NCBI RefSeq assembly: GCF_000008565.1 | Contig: NC_001263.1 | Coordinates: forward strand, 885,776-917,775 | Direction of reading: 5' to 3' | DNA: 32,000 nt | DNA from: Deinococcus radiodurans R1 = ATCC 13939 = DSM 20539 | Lineage (GTDB): Bacteria; Deinococcota; Deinococci; Deinococcales; Deinococcaceae | In this document: positions 24,990 to 32,000 of the stretch, one piece after another | How positions within the stretch are numbered: position 1 is the first letter of the stretch | How the letters are laid out: each line of letters starts with the position of its first letter | Notes under the pieces: model-generated | What the model saw: only the letters and a program-made list of their open reading frames with translations | The model's database searches: none | What the model was told of the DNA's origin: nothing | Program-made: the position numbers and the translations under genes

Positions 24990-26053
24990 GTTGGGGTCGG
25001 GGGCCGGGGGAGCGCACAGCAGCGCGCGCTGCCGGCGGGAACGTCTTTGCTCACCTGCAATGCGGCGCTGCCGGCGGTGGCGTCGGGCCGGGCCAGGGCC
25101 ACCCGGCTGTCTTGCGCGGCCAGCGAGAGCGGCGTGCCGTCGGCAAAGGGCGCGGGCACCCGCTGCGGGTCGGTTACGGTTGCCAGCCGCACCCCGCCGC
25201 TCAGGGCCACCAGATCAGGCACCTCACCGGGGGGCAGCGTCATGCCCGAGGCGTAGTCGCTGGCGGCGAGGGCATTTTTGGCGTCGTCGGGAATCGAGCT
25301 GCCCAGCGCGATATACGCCAGCGTGTCGAGCGTGCCGCGCGCTTGAAAGGACGACAGTGCCCCTTCCGCCGAGTAGCGCGGCTGCGGGTCGTTGTCGATG
25401 CCGTCGGTCATCACAAACACGCTGGTCACGTAGCGGTCGCTCGCTGCCAGCGGGCTGAGCGCGGCGTGCATGGAGCGGTAGAGGTAGGTGTTGTTGCCGT
25501 TGGCTTTCAGGCCGTCCAGATCGCTGCGCAGCGCGGTGGCCTGCGCGGGCAGGTCATAACTGCGCTCGCCGCGCACGCCGCTGTCGAAGGTAATCAGCTT
25601 GACCTGATCGGGATGAACGCTGTCCACATACTGCTCCACGCTGTCCTTGACCCGGTCGAAGATGTCGGCTTTGCCGTCCCCGATGCCGCGCATGCTGCCG
25701 CTGGTGTCGAGGACAAACACCGCCCGCGTCTGGCTGGGCAGCGGGCCGGGAGGCAGGGCGCAGCCGGACACCGCGCCGCTCGACCCCAGGAGGGACCCCT
25801 GACGGGCGGGCGTGTTCCCTGCGCCGCCGAGCAGCGTTGCAGGCGCTGTCGCGGGCCTGGGCAGGGGCAAGGCTGTCCCCAGTTGGCCGGCATTCCCCTG
25901 GCTGTTCTCTGCTGGGGCACTCAAGGCCGAGTCGGTCGTCGCGGGCGGGGAGGTCGCCGGAGCAGTCTGCGCGGCCCCCAGGCCGCCGAGGCCGAGGCCA
26001 CCCAGCAGGAGCAGGCGGCCCGTCAGGGACATGGTCAGGTTCTGGCAGCGCAT
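24944..26053 (-). CDS. Secreted von Willebrand factor A (vWA) domain protein. The 3' end is apparently truncated by a frameshift.
   Basis: Signal peptide MSLTGRLLLLGGLGLGGLGAAQT. MIDAS motif VFVLDTSGSMRG, then ...VFVMTDGIDND. The last 28 codons or so (SARCCALPRPPTPTWSARAPAACCSSCK) are Cys/Trp-rich, have falling third-position GC, and overlap the next ORF. The start is ATG 26053 or ATG 26032. Confidence 0.75.
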   Translation of the reverse strand: MRCQNLTMSLTGRLLLLGGLGLGGLGAAQTAPATSPPATTDSALSAPAENSQGNAGQLGTALPLPRPATAPATLLGGAGNTPARQGSLLGSSGAVSGCALPPGPLPSQTRAVFVLDTSGSMRGIGDGKADIFDRVKDSVEQYVDSVHPDQVKLITFDSGVRGERSYDLPAQATALRSDLDGLKANGNNTYLYRSMHAALSPLAASDRYVTSVFVMTDGIDNDPQPRYSAEGALSSFQARGTLDTLAYIALGSSIPDDAKNALAASDYASGMTLPPGEVPDLVALSGGVRLATVTDPQRVPAPFADGTPLSLAAQDSRVALARPDATAGSAALQVSKDVPAGSARCCALPRPPTPTWSARAPAACCSSCK

Positions 26054-26185
26054 CGCTGTCCCATTTTGACCTTTCCCGGCAGGTGGCGAAAGGCCCCCAG
26101 GCTTTATGCCCCCTTCCCCCAGCCGGGGGCCGGCCTAAAAGCCTCACTGCACCGAAGTTTGAGGCTCAGAAACCGTCCGAGTTCA

Positions 26186-26202
26186 TTCTGTAAGAGACGT
26201 AA
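26186..26202. promoter_or_regulatory. RDRM (radiation/desiccation response motif), predicted DdrO operator upstream of gyrB
   Basis: TTCTGTAAGAGACGTAA is a 17-bp imperfect palindrome (half-sites TTCTGT / TTACGT). It fits the TTMYGY-N5-RCRKAA type consensus. It sits 5 bp upstream of a -35 box in an AT-rich island. Confidence 0.7.
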
Positions 26203-26207
26203 TAAGA

Positions 26208-26236
26208 TTGATATTTTTCGTGTCAAGCGCTATATT
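26208..26236 (+). promoter_or_regulatory. gyrB promoter P1 (TTGATA-17 nt-TATATT)
   Basis: Near-consensus hexamers with optimal spacing. A second candidate, TTGACA (26255-26260)-17 nt-CATAAG (26278-26283), lies downstream. Confidence 0.55.
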
Positions 26237-26282
26237 ACGTGCACCGCCGGAGCCTTGACAGTGCGTGGTCCGGCCACCATAA

Positions 26283-28433
<2,151 letters not shown>

Positions 28434-28448
28434 GCCTATCCGCATGAA

Positions 28449-28480
28449 GGCCCGCTTCCCATCCGGAGGCGGGCTTTTTC
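28449..28480 (+). terminator. Rho-independent terminator after gyrB
   Basis: GGCCCGC / GCGGGC(T) stem, loop TTCCCATCCGGAG, then TTTTT. Confidence 0.8.
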
Positions 28481-28692
28481 GTGTTCTCCGCGTTCTGCTC
28501 GGGGCAGAGAAGGCCCCGAATCTTTAGACTCTGTCCAAGCGCCGGCCAAATGTGTGCCGAGTTTCGATTGTTGGTGGCGGTGGCCCCTATCTTGCCTCTC
28601 GTTCAACACCAGCAGAGAACTTGAAGGGACATGCCGGGAAAAGAGCAACAGCGGCATGTGGCCTTTTGTTGGTGAGAGCAAGGAGATTTGAG

Positions 28693-28953
28693 ATGGCAAC
28701 TGGAAGAGTGAAGTGGTTCAACGCGGAAAAAGGCTTCGGCTTTATCGAGACGGAAGGCAGCGCCGATGTATTCGCGCACTACAGCGCGATCAACTCCTCG
28801 GGCTTCCGCAAGCTCAACGAAGGTGACGAAGTCGAGTTCGAAATTGAACCCGGTCAGAACGGCAAAGGCCCCCAGGCCAAGAACATCGTGGTGACCAAGG
28901 CAGCCCCCGCGCCCGCCTATGGTGACCGCCCCCGCCGCGACGACCGCTGGTAA
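28693..28953 (+). CDS. Cold-shock domain protein (CspA family) with a C-terminal extension
   Basis: [19 protein letters not shown] (RNP1) and DVFAHYSAI (RNP2). AGGAG lies 7 nt upstream of the ATG. An extra tail, [18 protein letters not shown], follows the CSD. Confidence 0.9.
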   Translation: MATGRVKWFNAEKGFGFIETEGSADVFAHYSAINSSGFRKLNEGDEVEFEIEPGQNGKGPQAKNIVVTKAAPAPAYGDRPRRDDRW

Positions 28954-28964
28954 TCGCAAGACCG

Positions 28965-29000
28965 TAAAGCCCCCGTCAGTGATGGCGGGGGCTTTCGTTT
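28965..29000 (+). terminator. Rho-independent terminator after the csp gene
   Basis: AAAGCCCCCG / CGGGGGCTTT 10-bp stem, loop of about 10 nt, then TCGTTTG. Confidence 0.75.
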
Positions 29001-29028
29001 GTGGCCTTGCCCCTACATCTGTGACAGC

Positions 29029-29466
29029 TCAGCGCCTTTCCAGGGTGGCTTGCAGGGTCACGGTGGGAGCCTGCCCGCCGAGGCCGTCGCCCGTGTCATG
29101 GCTGGTGACCTGAAGCGCCGGACGCTTGCCGCTGCGGTCGAGGGTGAGTTGCAGCGTCACGTCCACGCAGGGGCCGCTCAGCACCTTTTCCTGCACTGTC
29201 AACTGCCGCGCCGTCTGCCCTTGCAGGAACCACGCCACGTCGCAGCCCTCGCCGCTGGTGTAATGCACGCTGGCAAAGCGTCCCTGCGCGTCGGGTCGTG
29301 CCGCGATCTGGGCGGTCATCTCGTAGTTCAGGCCGGCGGCGGGTTCAGTGACAGTGCCCTGCCAGGTACCGGCGAGCAGGGCGGGCGTCAGGGCGGCCTG
29401 TCCTCCCGCTCCAGCGGTTCCCAGCAGCGTGAGCCCAAGCACGGCCAGCTTTTGAAGGGGTTGCAT
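29029..29466 (-). CDS. Secreted hypothetical protein (about 145 aa)
   Basis: Signal peptide MQPLQKLAVLGLTLLGTAGAGGQAA. TACACT lies 5 nt upstream of ATG 29466. The track start at 29472 is a TTG. Confidence 0.6.
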   Translation of the reverse strand: MQPLQKLAVLGLTLLGTAGAGGQAALTPALLAGTWQGTVTEPAAGLNYEMTAQIAARPDAQGRFASVHYTSGEGCDVAWFLQGQTARQLTVQEKVLSGPCVDVTLQLTLDRSGKRPALQVTSHDTGDGLGGQAPTVTLQATLERR

Positions 29467-29520
29467 GACCAAGTGTACTCGGCGCCTGAGCTCAGGAGAA
29501 GAGCGGGTGAATCAGGCCCC

Positions 29521-30309
29521 TCAGCGCAACTGCCGCCGCAGCTCCGCCGCCAGCGCGAACCACTCGCGCTCCTGCTTGCGGTAGAGCGGGCTGGCCTGAC
29601 GCTCGGTCTTCGCCAGGGCATCGAGCACGGCGTGGGCCTCCTCGGGGCGGCCCTGACGCAGCAGGTAGGCGGCGTGGCGGGCGCGGGGTTCCTCGGTGGT
29701 GGCCCCCACGCTCGCCTCGCGGTAGGTGGCGTCGGCCTGGGGTTCGCCCTGCTGCTCCTGCGCCAGCGCGAGCAGGGTCAGCGTGCGGGTGCGGGTCGCG
29801 GCGCTGGTTCGCAGGTCCACCCGGCTCAGCCGCGCCTCGGCTCCCGCCGGGTTGCCCTGGGCCAGGTCGAGCTGCGCGGCGCTGAGCAGCACCACCGGGT
29901 CGTCGGCGTAGATGCCGCTGAGCAGCGGGGCAAGGGTCGCCTGCGCCTCCTCGGGCCGCCCGGCGCGGGCTTGCAGGTTCGCCAGCTCCGCGCGGCGGTC
30001 GAGGGTGTCGCTCTCGGCCAGGGCCTGCTGCGCTTCCCGCACCCGCACGTCGAGCGGTTTGATGGCCTCCACGCCGCGCTGCACCGCCTGGGTCGCGGCC
30101 CGGCGGCTGCCCTGCAAACTGGGCACGAGCACCATAAAGGTGTAAAAGAGCGTGGCGATAAACCCGCCCAGAAAGAGGTTCAGCGCCAGAAATACGATCC
30201 ACAGCGCGCCCTGCCGCGTCACGACGGCGTGCACCAGACACACGATATTGAGAATGCTGAACAGCCCCAGCAGCCAGCCATAGTTGTGAAGAAGCCCACC
30301 GACGTCCAT
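29521..30309 (-). CDS. Membrane protein with a PLD-nuclease N-terminal-like 2-TM module and TPR-like helical repeats
   Basis: N-terminus GWLLGLFSILNIVCLVHAVVTRQGALWIVFLALNLFLGGFIATLFYTF. The C-terminal part is A/L/R/E-rich with TPR-like periodicity. TAGAGT lies 6 nt upstream of the ATG. Confidence 0.6.
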   Translation of the reverse strand: MDVGGLLHNYGWLLGLFSILNIVCLVHAVVTRQGALWIVFLALNLFLGGFIATLFYTFMVLVPSLQGSRRAATQAVQRGVEAIKPLDVRVREAQQALAESDTLDRRAELANLQARAGRPEEAQATLAPLLSGIYADDPVVLLSAAQLDLAQGNPAGAEARLSRVDLRTSAATRTRTLTLLALAQEQQGEPQADATYREASVGATTEEPRARHAAYLLRQGRPEEAHAVLDALAKTERQASPLYRKQEREWFALAAELRRQLR

Positions 30310-30409
30310 ACCGAGACTCTACGGGACTGGGCAGCGGCGTAGATGGGGAGGGAGTGGCAGTCATGGCACAGGGCCGCACCTCCCCGCAGGGGGCGATACG
30401 CTGTGGGTC

Positions 30410-30892
30410 ATGGACTTTCTGCGGGCCCTGCACGGCTACAGTTTCAATTTCGACGCGGCGTTTCTGGCGCCCAACCCCTTTGCCCTGGCGAGCCTGCTGC
30501 TGTTCATCTGGAGCTTCTGGATGCTGCGGCGCGACGCGGTGACCCCCAGCTTTCTCGTCGGCGTGCGGCTGACCTGGCTGACCTTTCTGGTGCCCGCCTT
30601 GACCGGCATTCTACTGACCCTGAGAGGCGGCAAGGTGCCGAGCGCGGTGGACGTGGGCGGCGGGCTGACCAAGTTCGGCACGCCCTACGACCCCACCCAG
30701 GAGGGAATGCACTGGCTTTATGCGAGCTTCGCGCTGCTGAGCCTGCTGCTGATCGAAAGCCTGATTCGCGGGCAGTTTCTCGAGCGCCGCAAGGGCCTGA
30801 AGCTGCTGCCGGTGGTCACCTTGTTCATGTACGGCTGCGCCTACATGGTGGGGCACGTGGCGTTTTTTCCGGGCAGCACGCCGGGGCGCTGA
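30410..30892 (+). CDS. Integral membrane hypothetical protein (160 aa, about 4 TM)
   Basis: Hydrophobic ORF with TACGCT 7 nt upstream of the ATG. Divergent from the 29521-30309 gene. Confidence 0.55.
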   Translation: MDFLRALHGYSFNFDAAFLAPNPFALASLLLFIWSFWMLRRDAVTPSFLVGVRLTWLTFLVPALTGILLTLRGGKVPSAVDVGGGLTKFGTPYDPTQEGMHWLYASFALLSLLLIESLIRGQFLERRKGLKLLPVVTLFMYGCAYMVGHVAFFPGSTPGR

Positions 30893-30954
30893 CCTCGCGC
30901 GGCTGCTCCTTCCTCATCCGCCGCTGACGGTGACGTGTTCAAGTGGTGGGGCGC

Positions 30955-32000
30955 ATGCGCTGTCTTTTTCTTTCCTTCATTTTGTTGCTGCCCAGCGCAG
31001 CGTCCGCTCTCGCCGCTCCGCAGACCGTGGTGGTCCGGCCGGGGCAGACGCTTTACCGCATCGCCCTGCAAAACGGGCTGAGTGTGGCAGAGCTTCAGCG
31101 TCTCAACGGACTGCATTCCACCACCATCGAGGTGGGGCAGGTGCTGCGGGTGACGCCGCTCGTCAAGCTCTCGCCCGCGCCTGTCAAACTCGTGCCGGCC
31201 AAACCGGTGCCTGCCCCGCCCGTCGCGGCCAAGCCTGCGCCCGTCAAACTTGTGCCGGTCAAGCCCGCATTGAAACCGGCGCCCACCACCTACACCGTGC
31301 GGCGCGGCGACACCCTGACCAGCATCGGCAAATTCGTGGGCCTGCGGGTCGAGCAACTCCAGCGGCTCAACGGGCTCAAAGGCAACACCATCGCGGTGGG
31401 GCAAGTCCTGCGGCTCACGGCGCCCCCGACCACCTACCGGGTCCAGCCGGGCGACACCCTGCCGAAAATCGGCGTGAAGGTGGGGCTGCGGGTCGAGCAG
31501 CTCCGGCGCATCAACGGCTTGACAGGAGACGCCCTCCAGATTGGTCAGGTGCTGCGGCTCACTGCCCCGCCCGCGCCCACAGTCGTTGCCAAAGCGCCCG
31601 TTCGCCCCGCGCAGCCGCCGACCACCTACACCGTGCGGCGCGGGGACACGCTGACCAGCATCGGCAAGTTCGTGGGGTTGCGGGTCGAGCAGCTCCAGCG
31701 GCTTAACGGGCTCAAGGACAACACCATCGCTGTCGGCCAGGTGTTACGTCTCACGGCTCCCAAGCCGGTGGTGGCCGCAGCCGCCCGCCCCGCGCCGGTT
31801 CAGGCCGCGCCCGCTAAGCCGGCAGCGGCGCCCGGCACCTACGTCGTGGTCCCTGGCGACACCCTGGCGAAAATCGGCGTGAAGGTGGGCTTGCGGGTGG
31901 AGCAGCTCCAGCGGCTCAACGGCCTAAGCGGCACGACCATTGAGGTAGGGCAGGTGCTCAAGCTGCGTGGGCCGGCGGTGTCAGTGGTGGCAGCGGCGCC
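30955..32000 (+). CDS. Secreted multi-LysM peptidoglycan-binding protein (at least 5 LysM domains); runs off the right edge
   Basis: My own translation from ATG 30955 gives MRCLFLSFILLLPSAASALAAPQ (signal peptide), followed by five LysM modules (e.g. YTVRRGDTLTSIGKFVGLRVEQLQRLNGLKGNTIAVGQVLRL) separated by P/A/K/V linkers. It is absent from the ORF track because it has no stop in the window. Track ORF 30930-31706 is in the wrong frame. Confidence 0.85.
   Translation, partial: MRCLFLSFILLLPSAASALAAPQTVVVRPGQTLYRIALQNGLSVAELQRLNGLHSTTIEVGQVLRVTPLVKLSPAPVKLVPAKPVPAPPVAAKPAPVKLVPVKPALKPAPTTYTVRRGDTLTSIGKFVGLRVEQLQRLNGLKGNTIAVGQVLRLTAPPTTYRVQPGDTLPKIGVKVGLRVEQLRRINGLTGDALQIGQVLRLTAPPAPTVVAKAPVRPAQPPTTYTVRRGDTLTSIGKFVGLRVEQLQRLNGLKDNTIAVGQVLRLTAPKPVVAAAARPAPVQAAPAKPAAAPGTYVVVPGDTLAKIGVKVGLRVEQLQRLNGLSGTTIEVGQVLKLRGPAVSVVAAA

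Noticed and set aside
26231-26247. Second RDRM-like half-site (TTACGTGCACCGCCGGA) at the gyrB -10
   Set aside because: Only the left half (TTACGT) matches. The right half shows no palindromic symmetry.
29486-29497. Perfect 12-bp palindrome CCTGAGCTCAGG between two minus-strand genes as an operator or terminator
   Set aside because: It is too short. It would form only a 4-bp stem with a 4-nt loop, has no U-tract, and contains a SacI-type site, so it could occur by chance. It is not repeated elsewhere in the window.
28999-30433. 447-aa plus-strand ORF and 313-aa minus-strand ORF (29492-30433)
   Set aside because: They overlap two minus-strand genes that have a signal peptide or TM features and leaderless-type promoters. 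The composition is Arg/Gly/Ala/Pro/Gln-rich.
30930-31706. 258-aa plus-strand ORF at the right end
   Set aside because: It is in the wrong frame of the multi-LysM gene. The frame starting at ATG 30955 gives a signal peptide and five clean LysM domains and stays open to the window edge.
31080-32000. Regularly spaced DNA repeats at the right end as a possible CRISPR array or satellite
   Set aside because: The repeats are in-frame LysM coding modules with P/A/K-rich linkers. The period is 336 nt and there is no short repeat-spacer structure.

Overview
This is a high-GC (roughly two-thirds G+C) chromosomal segment. I read it as Deinococcus (D. radiodurans-like). That is an inference from three things: a radiation/desiccation response motif (RDRM) in front of gyrB, an SNR/MITE-like small repeat, and many -10 hexamers sitting 5-8 nt from start codons (leaderless-type promoters).

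Content is mostly housekeeping and envelope genes, about 36 protein genes:
- a partial metY behind a SAM-I riboswitch
- a stand-alone tRNA-Ile(GAU)
- an M1 zinc peptidase, a NUDIX hydrolase and a phosphoribosyltransferase
- a seven-gene mrpABCDEFG cation/proton antiporter operon, with a long leader and an apparently frameshifted mrpD
- a BON-BON-LysM (Kbp/YgaU-like) protein, DUF1844 and dtd
- a histidine kinase / NarL-type response regulator pair
- a BI-1/YccA membrane protein and a PRC-barrel protein
- a pseudouridine synthase, RNase P RNA (rnpB), DUF2721 and an AI-2E transporter
- rnhA, rbfA and a YbgC-type thioesterase
- a secreted vWA protein plus a Thr/Pro/Gln-rich transmembrane protein, which look like one gene split by a frameshift
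- gyrB, a cold-shock protein, three small envelope proteins and a multi-LysM secreted protein that runs off the right edge

I saw no CRISPR array, transposase, integrase, rRNA or recognisable defence system.

The items most worth follow-up are:
- the split vWA / mucin-like / TM / FHA-like module next to the RDRM-controlled gyrB promoter
- the structured mrp leader, with a coupled uORF and 4 x 15-nt tandem repeats
- the mrpD frameshift
- a terminator-like hairpin inside the gyrB leader
- the MITE-like repeat and its solo 32-nt copy

Most long ORFs in the track that lie antisense to these genes are high-GC artefacts.
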